NCBI GenBank assembly: GCA_050250255.1
Contig: JBFWOZ010000007.1
Coordinates: forward strand, 29,838 to 93,837
Source: Bdellovibrionales bacterium
Lineage (GTDB): Bacteria; Bdellovibrionota; Bdellovibrionia; Bdellovibrionales; DASUEL01
Direction of reading: 5' to 3'
DNA: 64,000 bases
Positions 1 to 10,790 of this stretch are shown one piece after another (within the stretch, counting starts at the first letter, position 1; every line of letters starts with the position of its first letter). Under the pieces are notes generated by a model that worked only from the letters and a program-made list of their open reading frames with translations, searched no databases and was not told where the DNA came from. A program made the translations under genes and the position numbers.

Positions 1-628
1 CGCTTTTCCAGGCGTTGTCCCAGTCTTCTTTTGTACGGAAATCCGAAGGCTTTAAAGTTGCTGGTGACACGTCGTTAGAAGCAATGGCTTCACCACGTAA
101 AAGACGCAAAAAGATTTCGGTTGCCTCAAGAAATATTTTTCCTTTTAAGACGGGCCATACTTGTTCTTCAAAAGAATTACGAGCGAGAACTCCGCTCACA
201 CGATTCATAAATTCAAAACGACCGGCCGAAAAACCTAAATGTATTTTTCTTTTCTCTTCTGGGTTTAAACCATGAAGTGTGCAAAAAGTGGCAAGCTTTT
301 CAGCCGCTGCGATAGGACCACCGTTACAAACGATGTTCATGACGGCAGAGCCTGTTTCGATTTTTTTTGTCTTATGGAAAACTTGGTGGGAAAGCTGAAA
401 AATATCGGCATTGAGTCCGACTTCCCCTTCCCAATGAGGCACGACCACGTGTTTATGTGTTTTTTGAGTTTGCGCAGAGAAGTGGGATTCGGCAATCCAC
501 GCGGTCTCATAACCGAGTTCATCGGCGGCGATAACTTGTTCAAAAAAGTTTTCGAACATGACCTGTTCGGTCGGAAGGTAGCCTTGCACCGGCGTTTGGC
601 TGATGGAGAAAAAAATATCAAACTTCAA
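1..628 (-). CDS. LLM-class (luciferase-like) flavin-dependent oxidoreductase, runs off the window start
   Basis: Not in ORF track. Hand translation from TTG at 628: MKFDIFFSISQTPV...AADELGYETAWIAESHF...IETGSAVMNI, open to position 1; AxxxGY/FxxxWxAExH is the LLM family pattern. Confidence 0.85.
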   Translation of the reverse strand, partial: MKFDIFFSISQTPVQGYLPTEQVMFENFFEQVIAADELGYETAWIAESHFSAQTQKTHKHVVVPHWEGEVGLNADIFQLSHQVFHKTKKIETGSAVMNIVCNGGPIAAAEKLATFCTLHGLNPEEKRKIHLGFSAGRFEFMNRVSGVLARNSFEEQVWPVLKGKIFLEATEIFLRLLRGEAIASNDVSPATLKPSDFRTKEDWDNAWKS

Positions 629-666
629 ATCGCGTCTCTTGTTACGTTAATTTATTATGTCAGCTA

Positions 667-1455
667 CTAGAGGCTTTTCGTTCTGCCGCCGTCGACCGCT
701 AAACTCACGCCTCTCACATAGGATGCGGCGGGTGAGGCCAAAAAACAAATTGCGTGGGCAATTTCAGAAGGATCGGCAAAGCGGCCCTCAGGTACAGTTT
801 GGAGCCATTCTTTCTCTATTTGTTCGACGGAGCAACCCCTTTTTTCGGAGGCCATTTTCATCAAAGCCTGTAGGCGATGGGTGTTGGTGTAGCCCGGCAA
901 AACGTTATTAATTGTGACCGATTTTGGAAGCTCCATGGCGAGTGTTTTAGACCAAGAGGCCATAGCCCCTCGTAAAGTGTTGCTGACGCCAAGGTTCGGG
1001 AGAGGTTCACGTACCGAAGTAGAAATAACGTTAATGATTCGCCCATAAAATTCTGCCTGCATTGAGGGAAGGCAAACCTGTACGAGAGTTTGGGCAGAAA
1101 AAAGATGGCGCTTTAAGGCAAGAAGATACTCCTCAGAAGAGGCTTTAAGAGCGGGACCGGGATTTGGGCCCGCAGAGTTATTCACTAAAATATGGATCGG
1201 ACCTTTTGTTCCGATGACTTGCTCGACTCGCGTTTTTAATTCTGCGGTATTCTCCATATCGACTGCGAGAATCTCTCCAACTTGTCCACCTTGCGTGACG
1301 ATTTCGTTCTTTAATTCGAAAAGCGCGTCTTCGCTTCTCGCTAGAAGGTGAATCTGTGCGCCAAGTTTTGCGAGCTCGAGAGCGGTCGCCCGTCCAATTC
1401 CTTTGCTGGCACCACAAACTAAAGCAGTTTTATGTTTTAAAGAAAATGGATTCAT
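667..1455 (-). CDS. SDR family oxidoreductase
   Basis: CGASKGIG Rossmann motif, ILVNNSAG, C-terminal LAVDGG. Confidence 0.9.
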   Translation of the reverse strand: MNPFSLKHKTALVCGASKGIGRATALELAKLGAQIHLLARSEDALFELKNEIVTQGGQVGEILAVDMENTAELKTRVEQVIGTKGPIHILVNNSAGPNPGPALKASSEEYLLALKRHLFSAQTLVQVCLPSMQAEFYGRIINVISTSVREPLPNLGVSNTLRGAMASWSKTLAMELPKSVTINNVLPGYTNTHRLQALMKMASEKRGCSVEQIEKEWLQTVPEGRFADPSEIAHAICFLASPAASYVRGVSLAVDGGRTKSL

Positions 1456-1470
1456 AAAGACTCCTTATTT

Positions 1471-3033
1471 TTAGCCTCGTGTCGTTTTAAAATAGCGTGA
1501 AACAAATTCGATCCCCCAGCGTACGCCAAAGCCGGTGGTTAATGTATTCACTAGTCCCAGGCCTCCTTTGTTTTCGCAGGCAGCTAGGTCTACGTGAACC
1601 CAGTTTGTTTCTTCACCAATAAAATTTTGCAAAAAAGTAGCGGCGTAAATGTGATCTCCGGGACTTTCCATGCGGCACTGAAGAAGATCGGCCACCGTGG
1701 ATTTGATTCCGTCTTTGTAGTCTTCACCGATAGGGAAAGACCAAGTTCGTTCCCCACTTCGTTCACCTGCGGCTACTGCTTGTTCTAGGAGAGCAGGAGG
1801 TCCGCCAAAAATAGCAGAACGTTTTGTATCGAGAGCGTACACGGCAACGCCCGTGAGAGTCGCAAAATCAATTACAAGATCAGGATTTATTTTACGTGCG
1901 AGCGCCAATGTGTCGGCGAGAGCCATGCGCCCTTCGGCATCGGTATTTTGTACTTCGATGGTGGTCCCATCCATGGCCGTCACCACCTCATTGGGTTTGT
2001 AGGCGGTAGGAGAAATTAAATTTTCCGTGAGCGCGAGGTAGGCGTGTACTTCGTGGGGGAAATCTATTTTCAAAAGGGTTTCGAAAATGGCGAGCGCCAC
2101 TGCGGAACCAGTCATGTCGTTCTTCATGCCGTACATGTGTTTTACTTTGACGTCGTAACCACCGGTATCAAAACAAAGACCTTTGCCAACAAGTGCGAGT
2201 TTTTTAGAATTCTTTTTACCGGGCTTCCAAATGTGAACGATGCCTGTAGACTCTGGAGCGGCTCGTGCTACTGCAAGAAAAGCTCCGGCTCCCATTTTTT
2301 CTAATTTTTTGTGATCATAGAATTCGAATTTATATTTTTGTTCTTTAGCTCGAGCTTCCACCAACTCCGAATAGGTTTGCGGGTTGAGCATATTGGGTGG
2401 AATTTCCGCTAATGTGCGAACAAAGTTATTCGCTTTTCCAAGCATAAAACTTTGTTCCGCAATCTGTGAGATTTCCTTCGGACTTAAAGAACTTTGCACC
2501 TGAAGTTCGAAGTGTCTTGTTTTGACCTTCTTGGGTTTTTTGCTTGTTTTTGGGCTCTCCCAATGTACGAGTGCCAATAGACAAGAAAAAGCTTCGAGAG
2601 CTATTGGTTGCAGATTTTTAGGGAGGTCGCTGAGGACTAATTCGATGGGACCTTCCCAATCCAACTTAAGTGGGACTGCAAAGAGTTCGCGAAACCAAGA
2701 GTGGAGTTCGAAAACAGTGACATTGGGCTTTAGAAAAAGAAACTGACAAGCTCCGCCTTCGTCAAAATGAACGGTTGCAGCGCTCTTCACCTTCTCGTCG
2801 TTTTCCCAATCTTTCATTTTTTTGGTCAGTTGCTTTTTAGCGCCTTCAGACCACTGATTTTTTTTAGGGAAACTATCGGTCACTTTTTTGGATTGGCTTA
2901 ACGGTGCGATCACGCAAGTGAGATTTTGGAAGCGAGAAGTAGGCTTACCTGAGCTCTTTAAAACCTTCAGTGAGAGAGTTTGTTCAGAGGCTTTAACCTT
3001 GTCTTTGGGGAGGAATTTTGTGAGTGAATTCAT
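1471..3033 (-). CDS. M17 leucyl aminopeptidase family protein
   Basis: LVGKGLCFDTGG, MKNDMTGSA and NTDAEGR motifs. Confidence 0.92.
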   Translation of the reverse strand: MNSLTKFLPKDKVKASEQTLSLKVLKSSGKPTSRFQNLTCVIAPLSQSKKVTDSFPKKNQWSEGAKKQLTKKMKDWENDEKVKSAATVHFDEGGACQFLFLKPNVTVFELHSWFRELFAVPLKLDWEGPIELVLSDLPKNLQPIALEAFSCLLALVHWESPKTSKKPKKVKTRHFELQVQSSLSPKEISQIAEQSFMLGKANNFVRTLAEIPPNMLNPQTYSELVEARAKEQKYKFEFYDHKKLEKMGAGAFLAVARAAPESTGIVHIWKPGKKNSKKLALVGKGLCFDTGGYDVKVKHMYGMKNDMTGSAVALAIFETLLKIDFPHEVHAYLALTENLISPTAYKPNEVVTAMDGTTIEVQNTDAEGRMALADTLALARKINPDLVIDFATLTGVAVYALDTKRSAIFGGPPALLEQAVAAGERSGERTWSFPIGEDYKDGIKSTVADLLQCRMESPGDHIYAATFLQNFIGEETNWVHVDLAACENKGGLGLVNTLTTGFGVRWGIEFVSRYFKTTRG

Positions 3034-3095
3034 AGGTTTCGTTTAACTCTCAAACTCATTGAAGTCGAGAGAAATCCTGCCTATGATAGAGGTCC

Positions 3096-4193
3096 ATGGT
3101 GATCGCTCATGTATTTGCAAGTACCAGCTGGGGAGGGGCGGAAATCTACTCCCTTGAGCTCGCAGAAGCTCAAAAAAAAGCGGGTCTCAACATTCTTTTT
3201 TGGGCTACGCCAGGCTCCCGTCTGTGGGAAGAAGCAAGGGCAAGGGGTCTAGAGGTTATCGATCAACCTTTACCACCGCGCATTGATTTCTTCTCGCTTC
3301 GTAAAATCAAAAAAATCCTCGAAATTCATTCCATTTCGCATGTCCATCTGCACTGGTCGGGAGGGCTTTGGACCTTCGCACTCATTAAAAAATGGTTTTC
3401 GTTTCGTCTGATTTACCACGTTCATCTTTGGATGAAGCATAAAAAACGAGATCCTCTCCATTGGCAGCTCTATAAATCGATTGATCACATTGTTGTCGCT
3501 GGTCAACGAGCAAGAGAGGCCGTCTTAAGATGTTTGCCGGTGAAGGGGAATCAAATTTTTGTATGTCCTTATGCGCGCCATTTTTCTCACAAGCAAGATC
3601 CTACAATTACGCGTTCTGCTTTACAGATTCCTGAGGAGAAATTGGTTTTTGGTATTTTTGCGCGGCTCGATCGACAAAAAGGAATTTTAGAATTTTTAGA
3701 AGCTCTTAAGACAATACAATCTCACAACAACAATAAACTTTTTTTCGCACTCGTTGTGGGAGACCCTACGGCGGGAGAGCAAGATGCTGAGAAATATCAA
3801 ATGGAACTTCAGGGTTTTGCGAGGGCCTATCTACAAGGGCAGATCAAATTTCTTCCACATCAAAAAGATTATTTAAGCTTTATGAATCTCTGTGATGTGT
3901 TGGTGGCACCGAGCTATCATGAATCCTATTCCCTCGTTTTTCTGGATGCTTTTTATCTCGGAAAACCGGTCATCTCTACAAATGCGGGCGGTACGCCTGA
4001 TCTCGTCACTCAAAAGCGTGGCTGGCTTGTTCCTCCGCAAAACACGGAGTTTTTAGTTCAGACATTACAAGTCGTTGTGGAGCAACCAGAAATCATTCAG
4101 CAAAAGGGTCAAGCGGCTCAAGAGTATGTTGTGGCCGAACACTCTTTCGAAAAAGTGTTGGAACAACTTAATTTCCTCTACGCAAAAGAGTGA
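3096..4193 (+). CDS. Glycosyltransferase family 4 (GT-B)
   Basis: N-terminal GGAE; C-terminal PSYHESYSLVFLDA...GKPVISTNAGG. Confidence 0.9.
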   Translation: MVIAHVFASTSWGGAEIYSLELAEAQKKAGLNILFWATPGSRLWEEARARGLEVIDQPLPPRIDFFSLRKIKKILEIHSISHVHLHWSGGLWTFALIKKWFSFRLIYHVHLWMKHKKRDPLHWQLYKSIDHIVVAGQRAREAVLRCLPVKGNQIFVCPYARHFSHKQDPTITRSALQIPEEKLVFGIFARLDRQKGILEFLEALKTIQSHNNNKLFFALVVGDPTAGEQDAEKYQMELQGFARAYLQGQIKFLPHQKDYLSFMNLCDVLVAPSYHESYSLVFLDAFYLGKPVISTNAGGTPDLVTQKRGWLVPPQNTEFLVQTLQVVVEQPEIIQQKGQAAQEYVVAEHSFEKVLEQLNFLYAKE

Positions 4194-4951
4194 TGGAGCC
4201 AGCCTTTTTCTTGAGCAATGCCCTTGAGTCTTGCTTCGGTCGCGACGTTGACTTCGCCAGGAAGCGCAGACGCTACGGCGAGAGGTGCGGTGCTTGCGGT
4301 TTCGACGAGATGAGCATCATGAGTGGTATTTCCAGAAGCTAAAATGGGTCGCACCCCTTTTGTTCTTTCAAGGAGCACGGTCGCTTTTCCAGCATCGACA
4401 GAGAGTGGGTAGACACCCTGATCGGTAAGCACGCCGCCTTCTTCTGTGACCTCAATACCCAGGACATGACCCGCATCAATCCCCATACTTTTCGCAAAAG
4501 GTTCAACCGCCCACTTGATCGATGCAGTCACAACAAAGACTTCTACTTTTTTGTCCTGCAAATAAGCAATCAACTCTCTTTGGCTTTCGTGTACGGGAAA
4601 ATGAGTCGTAGTTTCAAAACATTTCTGAGCTTTTTGTCGAACCTCAGTGAGTTTTAAGCCCTTATTGATTTGTGCCAGGAGGAGACAGCTTGCAGGCACA
4701 TCTACTTTTTTTACCGCACAGTAATGGTCCCATGGATCGCCGGTCATTTCTGGTGGTCGATAGGGAATGCCTTCCTTAATTTGGTATCGAAAAAAAGTTT
4801 CTCCGGCATCGAGAGGCCAAAGTGTGCCGTCAGCATCAAAAGCCGCATAATGGGGACCTGGCTGGCGCAGAGCTTGATCGACTCGCGATTTGATGTTGGA
4901 CCAGAGTTCTTTGGAGAAGCTTTTGTAGGCATAGGTTTTCTGTGGAATCAT
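4178..4951 (-). CDS. HAD-superfamily hydrolase (phosphoserine-phosphatase-like)
   Basis: AAFDADGTLW motif I, VVTAS motif II, GNTTHD motif IV; start moved to ATG 4951. Confidence 0.85.
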   Translation of the reverse strand: MIPQKTYAYKSFSKELWSNIKSRVDQALRQPGPHYAAFDADGTLWPLDAGETFFRYQIKEGIPYRPPEMTGDPWDHYCAVKKVDVPASCLLLAQINKGLKLTEVRQKAQKCFETTTHFPVHESQRELIAYLQDKKVEVFVVTASIKWAVEPFAKSMGIDAGHVLGIEVTEEGGVLTDQGVYPLSVDAGKATVLLERTKGVRPILASGNTTHDAHLVETASTAPLAVASALPGEVNVATEARLKGIAQEKGWLHHSFA

Positions 4952-4986
4952 ATGGACAATTATGTATGATGACCAAAAGGAATTCA

Positions 4987-5442
4987 ATGACGTTTGATGC
5001 ACGGGTCGTCGACATTTCGGAAACAGATGAAATCTTTGAGTTCGAGCAAAAAAGACTCGAAACCAGCGTTGAAGACGAACAACTCAGAATGATTTTATCG
5101 TGGCAGGCACCTTGGCGAAAGGAGTCTCTAGAATTTTATTTGCCAAAGGGATGGTGCTTTGCAGTTCGGCAAAACGAACAATTGGTGGGTTATTTTTTAG
5201 CTCAGCCCGTTTTATTTTTCCGCCAGATGACACAAACTTTATGGCTGGAACATGTGACTTTTGATTCTAAAGAGGCGGGGGATTATCTTCTTGAGCTTGC
5301 GTTTAAAACGGCTCGTGAAAAACACATACAGTCCGTACTCGTTTCTCCACAAGAGGAATTGATTCCCCTTCTTCAGGCGCGTGGAGCAAAACCCGTTAGT
5401 GATTTGTACTACGAATTTCAATCCACAAAAATTGCAAAGTAG
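4987..5442 (+). CDS. Hypothetical protein, GNAT-like fold
   Basis: SD AAAGGA; CFAVRQNEQLVGYF...GDYLLELAFKTARE pattern resembles GNAT. Confidence 0.6.
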   Translation: MTFDARVVDISETDEIFEFEQKRLETSVEDEQLRMILSWQAPWRKESLEFYLPKGWCFAVRQNEQLVGYFLAQPVLFFRQMTQTLWLEHVTFDSKEAGDYLLELAFKTAREKHIQSVLVSPQEELIPLLQARGAKPVSDLYYEFQSTKIAK

Positions 5443-5451
5443 GAATACGGC

Positions 5452-7095
5452 ATGAAAGAATTTTCGAGCCAAACTCGTAGTGAAAACCTCCAGAAACTTT
5501 CTGAAGAAAATTTTGATTTGTTGATTATTGGCGGTGGGATCACGGGTACGGGTGCCGCACGAGATGCTGCGAGCCGAGGCTTAAAGGTTGCGCTCATCGA
5601 CGGCCAAGATTTTGCCTCGGGCGCGAGCTCACGATCGAGCAAACTCATTCATGGTGGTATTCGTTATCTCGAAAACTATGAATTTCATTTAGTTTTTGAA
5701 GCACTTAATGAGCGACAACGTTTATTTCACATCGCCCCTCATCTCGTTCATCCTCTGAAGTTTGTTCTCCCGCTCTATGAGGGGGACCGCGTCACTCCAT
5801 TTCTCATGGGAATTGGAATGTGGCTTTATGATGCGCTCGCACTGTTTGATGTGCCAATGCTCCATTACTTTATGGGCCCTCGAAGTACGAAACGTGAGAT
5901 TCCAAGTCTGCAAACAGATGGTTTAAAGGGTTCTTATGTCTATTCTGATGCGTACATGGATGACGATCGACTCGTGATCGAAACCTTGCGCTCGGCTCAT
6001 CAGTGGGGAGCCACAGCGGTGAACTACACCAAAGCGATCGGTGTAGAAATGCAAAATGGAAAAGTGGTGGCCGTTGATTGTCGCGATGAAAAAACAAAAA
6101 ACACTTTTAAGATCAGAGCCAAACATTTTATTTCGACTGTAGGTCCGTGGACCGATATTTTAGGTCAGGATTTACTCAAAGATTGGAAAAAGCTTCTTCG
6201 ACCAACAAAGGGAATTCATCTCACGTTTGAACAACATCGCTTTCCTTTGAAAGATGCCGTGGTTATGTCCACTCGAAATGATAAGCGCATTGTTTTTGGA
6301 ATTCCTCGCCACGATATGGTGATTGTTGGAACGACAGACACCGCCTACCAAGAGCATCCAGAAAAAGTTTCGGCGACACGAGAAGATGTCGAATACCTTC
6401 TTAAAATTGTGAATAGTTATTTCCCTGGTGCAAAGCTCACCACAAAAGACATCGTAGCAAGTTACGCAGGCGTTCGTCCGCTCATTGATGACGGCGCCGA
6501 GACCGAGAGTAAAACCAGTCGCGAACATCTCATCAAAAGTGATCCACGCAACATCACATTTGTGGCGGGCGGGAAATACACAACCTACCGCTACATGTCG
6601 CAGCAGACGATCGATGCAGCACTTGAAAACTTTGATCACGAAACTCGAAGTCGTTTGCAAAAGAGTCAAACCGAGTTGCCGCTCAATCCTGCCGCGAGCA
6701 CGGACAATATCTGGAGAAGTTTGCGAGAAGTGGACGGGCTTGCTCAAGAATATGGACTCAAACCTTCGAGCGTAGAATGGCTCATTCGTCGACACGGTTA
6801 TGAAGCACAAAATCTTTTAGCAATAAAAACCGAGCAAGACCCTGATCTCGCCATTTGGCAAATGGAGGTGATTCAAGCGGTACGATATACAATGTGTCTG
6901 CACCTATTGGATTTTTATGTTCGAAGAACTCCACTGATGTTGTCGCGAAGAGATCACGGCATGGGACTCATCGATGCAATCGCTCAATATTTCAGCCAAG
7001 AGCTCGGCTGGTCTGAAAATCAAAAAAGAGCTGAAGTTGAATCGGTAAAACAGTTCATTCTCACCGAATACCGCTGGCGCACCACGAAGTTCTAA
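5452..7095 (+). CDS. glpD: FAD-dependent glycerol-3-phosphate dehydrogenase
   Basis: IIGGGITG, DFASGASSRSSKLIHGGIRYLE, GVRPL, GGKYTTYR. Confidence 0.95.
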   Translation: MKEFSSQTRSENLQKLSEENFDLLIIGGGITGTGAARDAASRGLKVALIDGQDFASGASSRSSKLIHGGIRYLENYEFHLVFEALNERQRLFHIAPHLVHPLKFVLPLYEGDRVTPFLMGIGMWLYDALALFDVPMLHYFMGPRSTKREIPSLQTDGLKGSYVYSDAYMDDDRLVIETLRSAHQWGATAVNYTKAIGVEMQNGKVVAVDCRDEKTKNTFKIRAKHFISTVGPWTDILGQDLLKDWKKLLRPTKGIHLTFEQHRFPLKDAVVMSTRNDKRIVFGIPRHDMVIVGTTDTAYQEHPEKVSATREDVEYLLKIVNSYFPGAKLTTKDIVASYAGVRPLIDDGAETESKTSREHLIKSDPRNITFVAGGKYTTYRYMSQQTIDAALENFDHETRSRLQKSQTELPLNPAASTDNIWRSLREVDGLAQEYGLKPSSVEWLIRRHGYEAQNLLAIKTEQDPDLAIWQMEVIQAVRYTMCLHLLDFYVRRTPLMLSRRDHGMGLIDAIAQYFSQELGWSENQKRAEVESVKQFILTEYRWRTTKF

Positions 7096-7151
7096 AAGGT
7101 ACGGACACACTTTTGGGACTTGGTGCGTCCCAAAAGTGTGTCCGTACCTTT
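7095..7151. repeat. Perfect 25-bp inverted repeat, 7-nt loop, between convergent genes (REP-like or bidirectional terminator)
   Basis: AAAGGTACGGACACACTTTTGGGAC-TTGGTGC-GTCCCAAAAGTGTGTCCGTACCTTT. Confidence 0.9.
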
Positions 7152-7419
7152 ATAGAAATTTGATGACTGTCGCGGCAGCTGCGATCGCTATGGTGACAAT
7201 TGTTCCAAGTTTAATAACGATTCGGTATTCTGATTGAAGCATTTTGTGTTCCAGTCGTTCTACAGACACGTCTAATTTGACTTCGAGATTTTTGACATCT
7301 TGTTTGGTAGCCAAATCACCCTCCGTGATTTCAGTTATCACTTGCACGTGGGCTTCAGCTTGTTCTCTCGCAATCCCACTTGCTTCAAGAAGTTTAACAT
7401 ATTTCAAAGTATTGTTCAT
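7150..7419 (-). CDS. DUF1640/CCDC90-like small coiled-coil membrane protein
   Basis: TLKYVKLLEASGIAREQAEA...LATKQD pattern plus C-terminal TM helix; SD GGAGG before ATG 7419. Confidence 0.75.
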   Translation of the reverse strand: MNNTLKYVKLLEASGIAREQAEAHVQVITEITEGDLATKQDVKNLEVKLDVSVERLEHKMLQSEYRIVIKLGTIVTIAIAAAATVIKFL

Positions 7420-7523
7420 AGTGACCTCCAATGATAGGTACTGCTGCAATCTCTGTTGCGGTATGGAGGTTGTGCTGCGTATGACTTGAAACAATTTTCA
7501 GGTCGATAGTCGTACATTGGAAG

Positions 7524-7544
7524 GAGCCTGTCTTAGACAGGCTC
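7524..7544. repeat. Short palindrome GAGCCTGTC-TTA-GACAGGCTC
   Basis: 9-bp perfect stem just after the stop of 7551-8009; related copy at 36748-36769. Confidence 0.6.
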
Positions 7545-7550
7545 GAGAAG

Positions 7551-8009
7551 TTATGTACTCTTCAGGTTTTTGACGATCGAGGCGATCTTTGAAAGGCTTG
7601 AAACTCCGTGCATTGCGAGGAATTTCATGAAAGTGGCGCCGCCTTCTTTCACGATGCCGAGATAGCCATTCATGGTGATGGACAGGACGCTGCCGGGAAC
7701 TTTGATTCTGACTCCGCCCGCCATATATTCTTTCAGTACGGCAATACCGAATTCGCCGACATCTTCACCGGGGTGTTGGCAGAGAATTTCTACCGTTTCG
7801 GGCTTCAGGTAGAAAATCACATCAGGTTTTTGCGCCGGTCGTTCTTCCAAAACGGGCTGTCCGTCACGGTGAAAATAGGCACATTCGATCTGATTGCCAA
7901 TCACAACGCCCACTTCGACGTTTTTCTTCAGATGTTTCACGGATTTCTGGCTTGCAGGCTTGGATTCCAAAAAGGCTTTAAGTTTTTCGAAGGTAGTTGG
8001 AGCTGGCAT
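7551..8009 (-). CDS. Hypothetical protein, possibly SCP2-like lipid-binding fold
   Basis: Clean ORF with SD GAGG; PDVIF...YMAGGVRIKVPG resembles the SCP2 pattern (inference). Confidence 0.55.
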   Translation of the reverse strand: MPAPTTFEKLKAFLESKPASQKSVKHLKKNVEVGVVIGNQIECAYFHRDGQPVLEERPAQKPDVIFYLKPETVEILCQHPGEDVGEFGIAVLKEYMAGGVRIKVPGSVLSITMNGYLGIVKEGGATFMKFLAMHGVSSLSKIASIVKNLKST

Positions 8010-8141
8010 AGAATCGACCTCGTTTCAGCGGTTTCTTAACAGGTGTTAGTGGGTACACCCAAACCCCCTAGAGATCAACGGATCGCCACGACAATTTGCG
8101 CATAGCAATAGGACCCCCTCAAGAGATGGTAACTAATCGTA

Positions 8142-8171
8142 TTGACTCTTTTTTTGGCACCGCCGTAAGAT
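8142..8171 (+). promoter_or_regulatory. Sigma-70-like promoter for mreB operon
   Basis: TTGACT-N18-TAAGAT. Confidence 0.5.
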
Positions 8172-8176
8172 TGTAG

Positions 8177-9259
<1,083 letters not shown>

Positions 9260-9262
9260 AAA

Positions 9263-9727
9263 ATGATCAACGAAACACAGATGAAATCTGTGGCACTCTT
9301 CTTTTTCTATGCATTTATGGAAGAGTCTGTGGCAACGGCGGCGATTAGCAAATCTTTACGAAAAATCGAAAGATCCCTGAGAAAAGGCGACGGCTTTTCC
9401 TCTTTTTCTTCCGCTTCCGTTTACTGGACAGAAAAAGTGTGGAGTCGTTATAACAAGAAAAAACAATTTGTAAACCTTGGACTCGAGCGCATGTTTTCTC
9501 TGCCCAAAGATGTCGAACTAGAACCATGGAAACAACTACAAAAAGATGTGCTCCCTGAAGAGTATTTGGCGGCTATCTGGACTGGTCTGCTTCAATATCC
9601 TCCGCAAGATATCGCAGAAGGTTTGGGTGTTAGTGTCGGCACGGTTCAACATCGTTCAGGTATAGCTCTTAAAAAATTAGGTCTCTTACTCCAATCAGGA
9701 AAGCTTCATGCCAAAAAGAGAACTTAG
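9263..9727 (+). CDS. Degenerate ECF sigma factor-like protein (region 4 HTH)
   Basis: C-terminal PQDIAEGLGVSVGTVQHR...ALKKL; precedes a ZAS anti-sigma gene. Confidence 0.6.
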   Translation: MINETQMKSVALFFFYAFMEESVATAAISKSLRKIERSLRKGDGFSSFSSASVYWTEKVWSRYNKKKQFVNLGLERMFSLPKDVELEPWKQLQKDVLPEEYLAAIWTGLLQYPPQDIAEGLGVSVGTVQHRSGIALKKLGLLLQSGKLHAKKRT

Positions 9728-10790
9728 TTGCTTTCTATGCCGCGAACTCCTCTATGAATTCGTGACGGGGACAATCGATAGTCGCCGCCGTCAAGCGGTG
9801 CAAGAGCATTTAGAAACCTGTCCTGAATGCAAAAAAGAACAAGACACTTTCAATCAGGGTCTCACTTATTTGAAAGAACTGGGTCAGGCTAAAATTCATC
9901 CGAATTATCTTAAAGAAATTTCTGAACCAGAACCATTTCCAAAACGAATTCTCAAAAAGATCGGGTGGCATAAGTGGCCAGATCCGGTGAGATGGACTGT
10001 AGAAAGTGTTGTTGTCGGTTCTGTGCTAGCAGTATTGATCGGAGTGGTATCTCAAAAATTTCTTTTCAACTCCGAGAACAATGAGGCGGCTCTTTACACA
10101 GATACTGAAAATCCAGTAGAAGTCGCACAGCAGGTTCCAGAAACACCTTCCGATCAATTACAGGGTAATGAAAACGGTGAAAATCCCTATACAGGAAGTG
10201 ATGAAGAATACTCTCCTGAGGTGGAGACGACTCCTGCTGCAAAAGTGGAAACTTCACTGCCCCCAGCGTCGACACCATCAGCTCCCGTTGCTAAGAGTGA
10301 AGCAGTGGCTAAAGCTCCGACGGTGACAGAGCCAAAATCCGACGGCTTTCTCTACCGTGGCAGCATGTATATTCAAGAGGTGGGTGCGGCAACTCCTTCT
10401 GTCGTGAAAAAAATTATTTCTCTTGGCGGAAAAAGAGCAGGGGAAGTGGAGCTGGGTTGGAAACAACCTGGAGGAAGCTACTTCCACTTTTCTATGCCGG
10501 AAAAAGAGTTGAATGCTCTCTTGGAACATTTAAAACAGTATGGAAAATTAAACCTCGTAAAAGAAAAAAATCGTCGGGTCATGCCGTCAGGAACAATTCG
10601 TATCATTTTAAATTTGAATGGTCCTCGAGGAGACGCTACAGTTCCGATGACAAATCCTGAACCTTCTAATCCTTCAGAGCCTTCTGAAAGTGCGGTTCCT
10701 GTGCCAACGCCGGCGTCGGATGTGCCCGTACCTCCAGCGGTTCCAGTGGAAGAGGCAACTCCTGAAGCAAATGTAGAGGAGGCCCAGTGA
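9708..10790 (+). CDS. zf-HC2 (ZAS) anti-sigma-like membrane protein with Pro-rich linkers
   Basis: C...HLETCPEC zinc motif, single TM helix, acidic/Pro-rich periplasmic part. Confidence 0.75.
   Translation: MPKRELSCFLCRELLYEFVTGTIDSRRRQAVQEHLETCPECKKEQDTFNQGLTYLKELGQAKIHPNYLKEISEPEPFPKRILKKIGWHKWPDPVRWTVESVVVGSVLAVLIGVVSQKFLFNSENNEAALYTDTENPVEVAQQVPETPSDQLQGNENGENPYTGSDEEYSPEVETTPAAKVETSLPPASTPSAPVAKSEAVAKAPTVTEPKSDGFLYRGSMYIQEVGAATPSVVKKIISLGGKRAGEVELGWKQPGGSYFHFSMPEKELNALLEHLKQYGKLNLVKEKNRRVMPSGTIRIILNLNGPRGDATVPMTNPEPSNPSEPSESAVPVPTPASDVPVPPAVPVEEATPEANVEEAQ

Noticed and set aside
15..911. Plus-strand ORFs 15-275, 272-670 and 657-911
   Set aside because: Antisense to the LLM oxidoreductase and SDR genes
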